Made by a program: the position numbers and the translations under genes
Notes under the pieces: generated by a model
Database searches by the model: none
What the model was told of the DNA's origin: nothing
The model's input: only the letters and a program-made list of their open reading frames with translations
Shown here: positions 23,613 to 40,546 of the stretch, one piece after another
How positions within the stretch are numbered: position 1 is the stretch's first letter
Layout: each line of letters begins with the position of its first letter
Origin: Eledone cirrhosa
Taxonomy: Eukaryota
Direction: 5' to 3'
NCBI GenBank assembly: GCA_964016885.1
Contig: CAXHJY010001386.1
Location: forward strand, 1-64,000
Length of the DNA stretch: 64,000 bases

Positions 23613-23728
23613 ATAGGAACCAGTAAGACCCCGACAGCTGAGCTCAAGCCGTTTCGACGGCTAATTCTGTCCAGAATTAGCCGTCGAAACGGCTTGAGCT
23701 CAGCTGTCGGGGTCTTACTGGTTCCTAT
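23613..23728. repeat. Perfect hairpin, 57-bp arms, 2-nt loop, built from a hammerhead-like 3' half
   Basis: 23613-23669 is the exact reverse complement of 23672-23728. Confidence 0.92.
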
Positions 23729-24908
23729 ATATAGATATATAGATATAGATATATAGATACATAGATATATATATAGATATATATATAGATATAGATATAT
23801 ATATAGATATAGATATATATAGATATATATATAGATATATATATAGATATATACATATATATAGATATATAGATATAGATATATATATAGATATATAGAT
23901 AGATATATATATAGATATATATAGATATATATATATAGATATATAGATATAGATAGATATATATATAGATATATATAGATATATATATATAGATATATAG
24001 ATATATATAGATATAGATAGATATATATATAGATATAGATATATATATAGATATAGATAGATATATATATAGATATATATATATATATATAGATATATAG
24101 ATATATATAGATATATAGATATATAGATATATATATATATATATAGATATATATATAGAATATATATATAGATATATATATATATATATATAGATATATA
24201 TAGATATATATATATATATATATATATAGATATATAGATATATAGATATATATATAGATATATATATAGATATATATATAGATATATATATAGATATATA
24301 TATAGATATATATATAGATATATATATAGATATATATATAGATATATATATGGATATATATATGGATATATATATGGATATATATATAGATATATATATA
24401 GATATAGATATAGATATATATATATATATATAGATATATATATAGATATAGATATATATATAGATATATAGATATAGATATATATATAGATATATAGATA
24501 TATATATAGATATAGATATAGATATAGATATAGATATATAGATATATATATAGATATATATATAGATATATATATAGATATATATATAGATATATATATA
24601 GATATATATATAGATATATATATAGATATATATATAGATATAGATATAGATATAGATATAGATATATATAGATATATATAGATATAGATATATATATAGA
24701 TATATATAGATATATATAGATATATATAGATATATATAGATATATATAGATATATATATAGATATATATAGATATAGATATATATATATATAGATATATA
24801 TATATATATATAGATATATAGATATATATAGATATATATAGATATATATAGATATATATAGAGATATATATAGAGATATATATATATATATAGAGATATA
24901 TATATATG
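23729..24908. repeat. TA-derived microsatellite, TAGATA variant
   Basis: Seen directly. Confidence 0.95.
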
Positions 24909-25100
24909 CATACGCACACACACATTAGTAATTGGGATACTGTTAAGACATGTCGATTAAAACATCCATATATGTAGGGACAGAGTGCACATTTTGGGAA
25001 AATTGTGCTACGGCATACGCCGTTGAAATCCTACTACATGCAAAGATAATTAATATACATGTTGAAAATTGGGCTACGAAAATTAAATCCGATTAATAGT

Positions 25101-25161
<61 letters not shown>

Positions 25162-25263
25162 AAAAAGTATAGAAATTATTGTAGCAAGAAGCCAACAGTA
25201 TTCCATAATATATAAGTGACTATAGCGTCAAAATGGGAAAACAGTTAACGTAAAATGTGGAAA

Positions 25264-25323
<60 letters not shown>

Positions 25324-25358
25324 CCTCTTTGAATTTTAGTCATCAAATTTATTATTAT

Positions 25359-25395
<37 letters not shown>

Positions 25396-25507
25396 TATAT
25401 TGTTATACTTGGCAATATTACACAAATATGACCCTCCCCAAGTATAACAATATTTGTTTCGACACACGATTTCATATAAAAAACTCGCAAAACAAATTCA
25501 TCGCTGT

Positions 25508-25539
<32 letters not shown>

Positions 25540-25577
25540 CACACAGTGTGCGCGAGTATGTATCACCTGAGTGAGAC

Positions 25578-25966
25578 TCTACGCAGTCGCTCGATTTGCT
25601 AGTAGTAGCTGCCAAACTCCCATCAAACATCTCTTTATGTTAAAAACAATGAAGGAGACTGGATAAGATAGTCCTGGATATATTGTCCGAAGATAAGATG
25701 TGTGGTTCATGGCTGGAACACTTTGATCGTAGGTCTGCCTGATCGCAGCTGACCCGTGCCTAAACAACAACAACAACCTCTCAATCGCCAACTGCATTCA
25801 TGCTTTGTATTTTCATATATGTAAAAGATTACACAATTACATTAATAATCCCCAGATCTTACCCAATAAAACACACGTTCTATCTCCATCTCCAAATAGG
25901 GCGTTCTCCTCCAGTAATTACATATATATATTACACACATATATATAAGCATATACATACACCCCT

Positions 25967-26039
<73 letters not shown>

Positions 26040-27083
26040 TATATACACATACATACACACACACACACACTGATGTGTGTATAATCATTAGTACATAAGC
26101 AACCATCTAACATAAGGTAGCAGTTCTCACAACACGGTTTCGATTCCTAGTAAGAGACATTCCGTTTACATCGCCACCAATGTCCTTCGTAAAGGTGTGA
26201 CCGTCATAACGTCCCTCATTCGCCTTTCCGCTGTATCAGAATTCTCCATCTTCATAGTCTGTCTGGCAGAATCGATTGCGCCTGCGGACAGAATGCGTTG
26301 TTGCATTTAGGTAAAATTCTTTGTTCTGAGTTCAAATCCAACCAAGCTCGGCTTTGCTTTTCATTCTTCCAGGGTCGGTAAAATAGTACCTGTTAAGTAC
26401 TGGGCTTGATTTAATACATCTATGCCATTTCCTACAATTTGTGTGGCCTTATGACTGACTAGGTTACCGATTACACACTACCGTATTTGTAGATTCAATA
26501 ACCATTGTGGCTGTGTTAGAAATCACCATTCTTATTTATAATAGTAATAATAATTTCTAATATAGGCACATTATGATTATTATTGATGCACGGTTATAAA
26601 ACACCTGACAAAATGACTTGTGCTGTTTACGTTACTAATTCAAATCCCGCTGAAGTCGACTTTGCTTTCATTCGTCTGTGGTCTGATATGATAGGTATCA
26701 CTATCAAGTATTGGAGTTGGTTTAACAGACTTTACCCATTCCACCCCATCTTTGTGGATTCTTACCTGTGTTCTGAGTTCAAATATATTTGTGGTTGATT
26801 GTTTTTTTTTTTATCCTTCGGGATCGATAAAATAAATTATCAGTAAAATACTAGTTTTGATCTAATCGACTGTTCCCCCCTACAAATTTGTGGCCTTGGG
26901 GTTGATAAAATAAAGTACCAGTCAAGTACTGAGGTTAATGTAATTGACTTATCCATTCCCAAATTTCTGGCATTAGAAAGAATTATTATGAATTATTATT
27001 TGAATCTTGTCTCTACATCGCCTCAACTGTTCCTTTAGGCTGCTTTTATCATCACTATTTATTCTGCCAGCATCATCTCTTAG

Positions 27084-27127
<44 letters not shown>

Positions 27128-27730
27128 CTGCTGGCGATTGTGTGTGTGGCAACTCCTCTATTTGCGTATATCTATATTATGATTTATAGGTATGTTTATG
27201 TTGTCAGCCCTGATTGAGTTGACTTATGATGAAAGTCTTCTTACCATGACCATCCCATCTTTTTTTGTGTGTAGTGCATCTAGAACCACATTATTGAATA
27301 TGTCCTCCTCTTTTTAAAGAAAGGCGTGATTTAACTGCTATGTTTAGCAGATCGCGTGACCACGTAGATTCACTTGTTAATTCATGTCTGTGATGTATCT
27401 ATATCATTGCATTTTTATACAATGTTATGTCTAGGATACGTGCAGAGGTATGTGTATGTATGAGAGATCATTTTAATGGTGTATATGTCTATACGTATCT
27501 ATGATTAGTATGTGATGCTATGTGTAATATATGAGACATATATTGTCATAGATTTGTTCAGTGATGTTTATCCTCGGGTCAGCTATGACTGTGGAGACAT
27601 GTTCAAAGGATTTCCATCCGTGACCATCTTGTCTTTCACTAGTGCATTGTGTATCGAAGACTACATTATCCCTTTATTTTTTTGATAGCAGAGTGGAATT
27701 TGAGGGTGATTTAGCTGCTATTTGTAGTAC
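25578..27730. mobile_element. Cluster of old, diverged SINE-like fragments
   Basis: Recurring degenerate motifs GAGTTCAAATCC, GGGTCGATAAAATAAGTACCAG..AGTACTG and ATTTAGCTGCTATTT.TAG at ~26325, 26635, 26775, 26900, 27325 and 27705. Confidence 0.6.
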
Positions 27731-27997
27731 GTGAATGAATACATAGAATGCCATTCCGTTGGCTTATGTCTGTACGATGTTATGAGTGATTGTCTGAAAT
27801 TTTTTTGGTGTCTATATATATATATATATGATGGTGTGTTTTTGTGATAGTGTGTATATGTTTCTATGTTTGTGCGGCGATGTGTGTGTATGTTTGTCTC
27901 ACACAGTATGAAATGTCTATATATTTGTCTATATGTCCCTTTTTCTTGTGCGCTCTTGTGGCAAATAAAGAAATATATATATCTGTCTATATGAATG

Positions 27998-28061
<64 letters not shown>

Positions 28062-28120
28062 CCTGCCAATACTGGAATTGTATAATCAAGACCGTAGCGG
28101 TATGTCATATATGAAATATA

Positions 28121-28184
28121 TTTTATCTGATGAAGACGTACTAAAAAAACAACACAGTACCTTTGAAATATATATATAATAAAG
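28121..28184 (+). ncRNA. Type I hammerhead ribozyme motif with palindromic stem III
   Basis: ttttat-CTGATGA-agacgtact..agtaccttt-GAAA-tatatata-TA-ataaag; stem I 6 bp (one GU), stem II 8 of 9 paired, AUA cleavage triplet. Confidence 0.7.
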
Positions 28185-28229
28185 CATATATTTTGATTAT
28201 GTAAATATCTTTCATTTGTTAATATTTTG

Positions 28230-28309
<80 letters not shown>

Positions 28310-31300
28310 GAAGGAAGTGTGGTAAGGAACCAGGTGGACCATAACGCACCAGAGTACTCGAGATTTTGGGTCCTGAACCTTTTCCATATCATCATCATCA
28401 TATATATGTGTATGTGTGTATATTATAAGTTAAACAAGGAACACAGATACAATAACAATCTTATTAGTTTTACGTTTGCTGGAAAAGGAAAATTAATATT
28501 TCAACGTATCGGACGTTAGTCTTTCATCAGAAAAGAGCAAAATTCGGAAAAAAGAGGTTTCGGGGGGAAGGAGGGGCATTGAGAGAAAAAAATGGTTTTG
28601 TATGCATGTGTCAGCCATTATTTTATCACTAATGTTCTTGTAATACCTGCAGATCTAGAGATGTTCTTATGTAGCACCTGTCTTTTTGGGATATCTTATA
28701 TACACTCTTGTTGCACACAAATAAATCTACTTACCCACTAAAATACACTTTTCATAAATACATATAGAGATAAACATGCATTGTACACACATACTTTCTA
28801 AATACACGCGCGCGCACTCGTATATACCTTTTGCATACCTGTATAGGCACACATCTATCTCCTTTACATACACATATATTCGCCCGAGTCAATGTCTGTA
28901 TTTATCTTTGTGTATATATATATATATGTATATATATATATAACATACGTGTGTGGATATGCATCTCCTTCTACACACAGGTCTGTCAGTGTGTCTAGCG
29001 GATTTATAATAATATATTATTATAACCTGTATATTTTGTGTGTAGCTTCCTATTCGTTACCTACCGTTCTACCTTTGAGTATATCTAACCTAGACCTGTC
29101 ACCACGATATCCTTGTGGAGGGGACTCTGTAAGCTTTACTCCCTCATTCTAATATTATTTGTCTATAAACAGCCTCAGCAAACCCTATTTTATCAAACGT
29201 CTGATTGTTTAGCCCCTGGACAGCCCTGATTGATCTGAGGTTAAACATCATAGTTTATGATGGTTAGTGGTGATAATGGCAGTAGTAGGAGCTAATCGAA
29301 ATACTAAACCATGCTGTTAGTCTCTCTGTCACATAGATTTCTTTTACTCTGAGCCTGTCTCTCTCTCTATCTCTGTGTATGAGTCTCTCTCTCGCTGCCC
29401 CCCCCCCTCATATACCTGTCCCATCCCCCCATATACCTGTCCCCTCCCTCATAAATCTCTCTCTCTATATATATATATGTCTGCCATCCCCTCTCCAAAT
29501 TTCTCTCTCAGAGTGCGGTGTTTGATTCTCTCTCTACGCCTTTTGTCTATCAGAATCTTTTTTCTTTATATATATTCGTATGTCTGTCTCTATTCATCTC
29601 TCTCTCCTTGTATGTATGTTGTTCTACCCCTTTCTTTCTATTTGTGTGTATGTTTAGCTATGTCCCCCTCCCCCTCTCATTGACTTTTTGATTGTTTTTT
29701 TCTCTATCTGTACGTATCTCTTCCCGTGCTTTTTTTTTGTCTCAACATTCTCACCTCTACCATATACTTTTACATTTTTTTCTTTAGATCTCTCGCGTTT
29801 ACCTTTTTCTTATGCTTCACATCCTTTTTGTCATACCCCGTATTTCCCTTACCTGCTCTTTCTCACTCACCTGGAAAATATAAATCTAACTCCGTGTATC
29901 ACCCCGTTTTTGTATTTTCTCTGAACTTCTCTTATTCAACTCATCACACCCACTCCTCTCTACACCCCCATGACTCACACACACACACCTATCTCCTATC
30001 TAATTTCTCCATTCTCTCACACCCTTTCCTTTTCTTACATATCTCCTCGCGTATACTTCTCTCTTCACCTCTTACTGATACTTCTCACATTTATCCCTCT
30101 CTGTATCTACATTCCCCACACCACTCACATCTCCCTACCATTCCTACATATAAGGACCATACCACACATGGTTTTCATCTCTTATGCTTTCTCATTATGT
30201 TACAATGTTTATCAATTATATTGCAGTTGTTTATCAATTATAATGTAACTGTTGTTACTGTTGTTTCTGCTGTTGCAACATTCCTATTTTCTTATTAAAT
30301 TACGATGTTGCTACTCACAGGGATGGAATATATATATATATATATATCTATATATCTATATATATATATATTCTATCCCTATATATATATATATATATAT
30401 ATAATGTCTGTCTATATCTCTTTATCCACGTATCTTTCTGTTTCTGTAATATGTCAATGTGTGTGTGTATATATATGTTTGCCAATGTATTTGTGACATG
30501 TTCATTATCTCTACCTTTCCATGTTTGTCATTCTACTTTATTCCACCACATGTTGCAGTACATTCATCTTGATGTTGATGTAAAATGTTGAATAAGTCAG
30601 CTTTTTGAAATACTGGCTTGCATTGACTCGGCTCTTCCACTCTTCCACTCGCTGTGCCGGCCAACTAGTTGGCAGCATGTGAACAGAGAGATGGTGGTGG
30701 CGGGGCAGTCAGAAGTTGCTACACTTTTGACATAGTGTCTCATTTAATTTGTTCCATTTTTTTTGGGGGGGGGGGGTTATCTGTTGTATTTAATAACCAG
30801 TGTCCGTGGCATTCAGACAAATAAATAAACGCACTTTTAATTGTCATTTAGCACAATTGGGTTGCAGAAGATTAGGGTTTGGTGGTGTATCATTTTGTTT
30901 GTTTGTTTAATTGTTTGTGCTGGTGGTGTTCAAATGGGTAAATAAGATATCCGTAATTGGCACTTAGTACAATTGGGTTGCCGAAGACTGGGTTTTGGAA
31001 TTCGGTTCGTCTGTGACACATTTCTGGCAATAACCAATAATTTCCTACAAAGCTTTTAGAAAAGGCTCCAATAGATACTCGGAGGTGTCATTTAATCTGC
31101 TAGGAATAACTGCCAAATCTTCATCATATCATACCCTTCTATCTTAATAAGATAACGTAGGCCTAGATAAACTATACCTGAAAAATAAGAATAATATAGA
31201 CATGGCTAGAATGGTTTTCATCATAGATCTATTCAAGCAGAGCTGACCTGGGATGAAACAACAATTGATATAGAGTCGCTCCCTAACCCATTCCACCCTC

Positions 31301-32185
31301 TCATTCTTTGCTCTATTGTAGCTGATGCTCCTTGGAATTGACTGGTTTTAGCCACTGCTACCCACGCTCCTCCATATTGTGTCTGCCCTCCTAAGCCCTG
31401 CATTGATTACTACATCCAATCGTTCCTTTCCAAAATATCAGTCTCCTGGATCATCCCTGTTCATGTTTTTCCTTTCCTGCAGTCGTCAATTCCAAGTTTG
31501 CCTGCAGAGGAATATCAACGATATCAGCCACTGGATTGACAGAATCATTAGAATGTTGCACAAAATACTTGTATAGCCCTTTTATATTCTCAGTTAAAAT
31601 CCTGCTGAAGTTAACGTTGCCCATTTAATCCCTCAGAGGTGGATAACATAAAGTACCAGTCAACTACTAGAGTCGATTATAATATTCTTAATAAAGAATC
31701 CTCGATATGAATAGAAAAATAAATGAAAGTGAAAGTTAAGGCTTTCTCAATTTACAGAATGGCCATTCATATTTAGCCTGTATATGTCTATACGTAGTAT
31801 TTATTTGTTGTGTTCAATGCCCCTGGCATTGATTTTGATACTTCATATTTCGGAGTTGCAGTTAAGAACTGAGGTTGAGTTAATGAATACCCCCCCCCCC
31901 CTAAAAAAAAGAATTGTATTCTAGGGCCAAAATTAGAAATGATTTTGTAATTTGTCCTTGCAATGTCCCTTCATCCATCATCTCCGTGGCATGTAAACAA
32001 CAAAAAACATCATTATTATTTTTATTGTCATTAATGTTGTTTTAATATTAAGGAAACGATTATTATTAGGACAGTGAATTGGCAGAATGCATACAGCAAT
32101 GGATAAAATACCTTCAGTTACATCAGTTTATGTTCCCAGTTCAAATCTCACTAAAGCCGATAGAATAATAGATCGATGTAATAGA

Positions 32186-32234
<49 letters not shown>

Positions 32235-32348
32235 CCAAACAACTAATTTAGATAATATTACCGTCAATTTCTCTTACTAAAATAAAGATATGCCAGCTGT
32301 TGAATTGTTCACTGGAACGTTACGTTTAGCTTTTAAATGTTATATATT

Positions 32349-32418
<70 letters not shown>

Positions 32419-32488
32419 AATGCGTGTATGTATATATATTATATCTGTGTGTGTGTGTATGTATATATATGCATGTATATATATATGA

Positions 32489-32535
<47 letters not shown>

Positions 32536-32560
32536 TATGTATATATATATATATATATGA

Positions 32561-32655
<95 letters not shown>

Positions 32656-32862
32656 TATATCTATGTATATATATATATATATATAAATATATGTATGTAT
32701 ATATATATATATATAAATATATGTATATATATATATATATATAAATATATGTATATAAATATATATATATATATATGTATGAATATGTATATATATATAT
32801 ATATATAAATATATATCTATGTATAAATATATATATAAATATCTATCTATCTATCTATATAT

Positions 32863-32897
<35 letters not shown>

Positions 32898-33026
32898 AAT
32901 ATATATATGTATGAATATGTATATATATATATATATATATATTGTTGTACTTTGGGAGGGTCATGTTGCCAATAAGAAACACACGCACTATATATATATA
33001 TAAATATCTATCTATCTATCTATTTA

Positions 33027-33063
<37 letters not shown>

Positions 33064-33071
33064 GTATGTAA

Positions 33072-33114
<43 letters not shown>

Positions 33115-33166
33115 AATATCTATCTATCTATATATATATAAATATCTATCTATCTATCTATTTACC

Positions 33167-33199
<33 letters not shown>

Positions 33200-33207
33200 G
33201 TATGTAA

Positions 33208-33250
<43 letters not shown>

Positions 33251-34394
33251 AATATCTATCTATCTATATATATATAAATATCTATCTATCTATCTATTTA
33301 CCTATATATATATATATATATATATGTATATGTATGTAAATATATATATAAATGTATATTACGTACACACACACACACACACAAACATATTTATATATAT
33401 ATATATGTGTATGAATATGTATATGTATGTAAATATATATAAATGTATATGTATATTACGTACACACACACACAAACATATTTATATACATATATATACA
33501 TATATGTGTGTGTGTGTGTGTAAATTGTTTGATTACGTATGGACAGTTGTAATTGGGGCGGGGATGAAGATAGGACAGGTTCTAGCTCTTACGGAATCTG
33601 TTGCTATGAGACTTTCTTATATTTGAAAAGGTGGGTGGTGTGTGCATGTGTGTATATCTCTGAATGTATGCATTTGTGTGTGTGAGTTTAAAGGTGTGAC
33701 CAAGCGAAATAAAGGTAGATGGATAAAGAAAAGACAATTGTACTATATTAGCTAAGACATTCCAACAGCAACACCAAATCACCACTCACCCGACTTCTTT
33801 ATTTCACAACCGTTGTCAAATTCATCACCACCTTTCATTATCATCATCAATCATCAATCATTTCTGCATACCATTTCTCATCACTCCAAACATTAACTTT
33901 TTTTTTCTATTCATTTTTTTTTTCTCTTCAGTCAACATATTTTTTCTATGTTGGATTTTTTTCTTTGTTTAAATAAACATGACCAAAAACATCATCATCA
34001 CCATTATTATTGTTATTTCCTTCATTGACAGTATAATCATACCTTCATATACCCCCATTCTTTTATCCTCAATTTTTTTCCTAATTAAGAACTGTCCATA
34101 TTCTAATATTTATATACGAGATGAAACTAGGAATTTGTGATGATCATGCTTCTCAACCTGTGACACAAACGTTGCATATAAAATGTTATAACATAATAAA
34201 TAATATCATGTGTGCATATGTCTGTTGGTGCATAATATTTAAATAGCTTTCGACCAGCTCAATACTTTTACTATGATGGTGACAAGAAAATTGAAATACT
34301 CGACTAATAATGATTTCATTCTCTTTCTTTCTTTTCTTTCTTTCTTGTTTATTTTTATTATGAGTAATATTCATAAGCCAAAACACATACATAT

Positions 34395-34553
<159 letters not shown>

Positions 34554-34560
34554 CGCGCAC

Positions 34561-34591
<31 letters not shown>

Positions 34592-35192
34592 GATACATTC
34601 ATACAATCACTGACGTGCGTACAATATAAGTCTGGCTTATCGCATTAGATTTCAGATTTTTACCCTCAAAGATCTGAGTTAATGGCGGTTTTGGCAGAGA
34701 TAGTTGTCATTATTTCAAAATAGATTCTCGATTTAATTCTCCTCTCTTTCTCTTTCCTTCTCACATACTCTCTCTTTTGCTCTCTGTCTTTGCCTTTCCT
34801 CATTCTTATCACATAACTGCTTTTAAAAATATTTTTGTTTATTTTATTTTGCTTTTTCTCTCTTTTTTATATATATCTTCCAACCTCACATCTCACTCTA
34901 TCTCTTGTAATTCCCCACTATCTGAAGCATTCCTACATTTTTTTTATGGTTTTCCATCGTTTGTTTGCTGGCAAAGTAGAGGTCAGGGAGGCCTTTGTGG
35001 TGCCATTCTTTACGACTGCCCCTGCTTCACTTTCACCTTTCTTTACCACATGCATTTGTGTGTGTGTGTGTTTGTATCATGTGTGAATGTAATGTATATA
35101 TGGTATATATATATATATATATATGGTATATATATATATATGGTATATATATATATATGGTATATATATATATATGGTATATATATATATAT

Positions 35193-35231
<39 letters not shown>

Positions 35232-35394
35232 TATATATATATATATAAATAAATAAAAATAAACTATAGCTTTGTAGAATTAGCTTTTAATGAATTCCCT
35301 TTTCTATCAACCAATGACCTACACCCATCCCACTCCCCACCCTCTCCTACCACTTGTAGAGACCTATAAATACCATTTTTATTTTTTGATACCC

Positions 35395-35445
35395 AGATTC
35401 CTGATGATTTCTAATGAATGAAACAGTTCTAGTCCTGTAGAATCT
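35395..35445 (+). ncRNA. Type I hammerhead ribozyme motif
   Basis: agattc-CTGATGA-tttctaatgaat-GAAA-cag ttctagtc ctg-TA-gaatct; perfect 6-bp stem I, 4-bp stem III, GUA triplet; stem II weak (U-U at its base). Confidence 0.7.
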
Positions 35446-35578
35446 CATCTATATTAAAACTATATGGTATATATATATATATATATATATGGTATATATA
35501 TATATGGTATATATATATGGTATATATATATATATATGGTATATATATATGGTATATATATATGGTATATATATATAT

Positions 35579-35645
35579 GAGTTCGATTCCTGGACCAGGC
35601 GATGCGTTATGTCCTTGGGCAAGACACTTTATTTCACGTTGCTCC
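35579..35645 (+). mobile_element. tRNA/CORE SINE fragment
   Basis: B box GAGTTCGATTCC, then GTCCTTGGGCAAGACACTTTATTTCAC. Confidence 0.7.
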
Positions 35646-35814
35646 TTCTACCTGGAGTTGCGACCGATAGATAGTATTAGCAATTGGAAAGACCAACGGA
35701 AACATTGTTCCCTCGGTCCGATTTGACGAAAGTCGATCGTCTTCCTATATATATATGGTATATATATATATATATATATATATATGTGGTATATATATAT
35801 ATATATATATATGT

Positions 35815-35861
<47 letters not shown>

Positions 35862-35884
35862 TATATATATATATATATATATAT

Positions 35885-35921
<37 letters not shown>

Positions 35922-35937
35922 TATATATATATATATA

Positions 35938-36087
35938 TGGTGTTAGGAAGGGCATCCAACTGTAGAAAACCCGCCAGACAGTCCTATGCGAGCAAGACAA
36001 CCACTCTTGCCTCAAGTGGGAAAACCCCCGTCCAAACCCATGCAAGCGTGGAACACGGACGCTAAACCTGATGATGATGATGATGAT
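35938..36087 (+). mobile_element. 3' tail of RTE family C
   Basis: Matches 22046-22195. Confidence 0.9.
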
Positions 36088-38018
<1,931 letters not shown>

Positions 38019-39064
38019 TCATCATCATCAACGTTTAACGTCCGTGTTACACGCTTGCATGGGTTTGGACGGGGGTAGTCCCACTTGAGGCAAGAGTGAT
38101 TTTCTTGCTCGCATAGGACTGTCTGGCAGGTTTTCTACAGTTGGATGCCCTTCCTAACACCAACCACATTTACAGTGTGGGTCTGGGAGGTTTTTACCGT
38201 GTTGCCTACACGGCCACATTACAGCGTGGACTGTGTGTTTTTTTGTCGTGACACCTACACGATCTCATTTGTTTCGGCCTGGATGGCGCGGCACCAACAT
38301 AACTTTACATAGAACGGGGTGGTGTGGATGGGGTGGGGGTGGTGGTGGTGGGACGGGGTGTATTTTGTTAGAGATGCCTACTGGCTGGAGTAGGTTTTAC
38401 TATATATTTAGGTAAGGCGGGTCTTCTCTGTTACTGAGTACCGCCAAAGGTCTCGGTCCAGTGACATTGTCTTGGAGAGGTGTAAGTGTGTGAGGTCGGA
38501 GTTTATCAGCTCGTCCCAGGTTTTTCTACGTCTGCCTATTCCGTGACTACAGTCTATCTTTATTGCCCTGCACTTTGTTATACAGCTATAGACTTTCATG
38601 CGCATCACGTGTCCATACCAACGTAGCCTTCTCTCGAGTAAACAACATCTGATCCCTCTTATTTCTAATTTTTTCCTTAGTTCGTTTATGCTTTGCCGTT
38701 CACGTATATTACTGTTACACATCCAGCGGAGCATGCAAGCTTCGTTCCTCTCTAGTCTGCGTATATCCTCTGCACACAATGCCCAGGTCTCACTGCCATG
38801 CAACATTGCTGTTCGTATGCAGGCATCGTACAACCTGTCTTTCATTTTTAGGGAGAACCCTTTAGCAGCTAATAGTGGTATAAGCTCTCTGAACTTTTTC
38901 CAACCAGTTCTGACTCTAGCTACTGTACTTTCAGAGCACCCTCCCCCACTGCTGATTTTATCGCCCAGGTAACGGAAGCTGTCCACTATTTCTATAGAAC
39001 CCTCTGCGCAATTGAAAGAGCTAGTATTTAGTGGGCACTTGCTGCTACTTATTGCACCAGAACA
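38019..39064 (-). mobile_element. RTE family C, 5'-truncated, single UTR module
   Basis: ORF 38408-38986 minus; (CAT)n at the left end. Confidence 0.92.
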
Positions 39065-39228
39065 TGTATATATATATATATATATAATATATGTATATAT
39101 ATATATAATATATAATATATATATAATATATGTATATATATATATATAATATATGTATATATATATATATATAATATATGTATATATATATATATATAAT
39201 ATATGTATATATATATATATATAATATA

Positions 39229-39286
<58 letters not shown>

Positions 39287-39349
39287 TATATAATATATCT
39301 CTCTCTCTCTCTCTCTCTATATATATAATATATGTATATATATATATAA

Positions 39350-39471
<122 letters not shown>

Positions 39472-39526
39472 ATATATCTCTCTCTCTCTCTATATATATA
39501 TATAATATATATATATATAATATATG

Positions 39527-39859
39527 CATCATTTCATTTTACGTCCGCTTTTTCCCTGCTTGCAAGGGTGGGACGGGAACTGATTCTGGCTTGATTTCTA
39601 CAGCTGGATGCCCTTCCTAACACCAACCTCATTTACAGTGAGTGCCGGGTGTTTTTTTGCTGTGGCACCTCCACGACCACTTTGCAGTGGAATGATAGGG
39701 ACCCAGTCCGTATCATCTCATTTCTACAGCTGAGTAAACTGGATCAATGTGAAATAAAGTGTCTTGCTCAAGGAAACAACACATCACCCGGTCTGAGAAT
39801 TGAACTTACAACCTTTCGATTGCAAGGCCAATGCTCTAACCACTAAGCCATGTGCCTCC
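39527..39859 (-). mobile_element. tRNA-CORE-RTE SINE copy
   Basis: Reverse-complement homologue of 23026-23370. Confidence 0.9.
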
Positions 39860-39899
39860 ATATGCATCTATATAGATATATATATATATAATATATGCA

Positions 39900-39937
<38 letters not shown>

Positions 39938-40097
39938 GCATCTCTCTATATATATATATATAATATATGCATCTATATATATATATATATATATAATATA
40001 TGCATCTATATATATATATATATATGTAATATATGCATCTATATATATATATATATATAATATATGTATCTATCTATCTATATATATATATATATAA

Positions 40098-40256
40098 TCA
40101 TCATCATCATCATCAACGTTTAACGTCCGTGTTCCATGCTTGCATGGGTTTGGACGGGGGTAGTCCCACTTGAGGCAAGAGTGATTGTCTTGCTCGCATA
40201 GGACTGTCTGGCAGGTTTTCTACAGTTGGATGCCCATCCTAACACCAACCACATTT
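40098..40256 (-). mobile_element. 3' tail of RTE family C
   Basis: (CAT)n followed by CGTTTAACGTCCGTGTTCCA.. Confidence 0.85.
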
Positions 40257-40268
40257 ATATATATATAT

Positions 40269-40546
40269 GGAAGCACATGGCTTAATGGTTAGAGCATTGG
40301 CCTTGCAATCAAAAGGTTGTGAGTTCAATTCTCAGACCGGGTGATGTGTTGTACCTTGAGCAAAACACTTTATTTCACATTGTTCCAGTTTACTCAGCTG
40401 TAGAAATGAGATGATAGGGACTGGGGTCCATATCATTCCACTGCAAAGTGGTCGTGGAGGTGCCATGGCAAAAAAGCACCCACCACTCACTGTAAATGAG
40501 GTTGGTGTTAGGAAGAGCATCCAGCTGTAGAAATCAAGCCAGAATC
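40269..40546 (+). mobile_element. tRNA-CORE-RTE SINE copy lacking its tail, fused to an inverted family C fragment
   Basis: Homologous to 23026-23305; stops at CCAGAATC. Confidence 0.85.

Noticed and set aside
28495-28540. Minus-strand CTGATGA-aagactaacgtcc-GATACGTT
   Set aside because: Looks like a decayed Penelope-type hammerhead, but GAAA is mutated to GATA and stem I is marginal; not called as a ribozyme.
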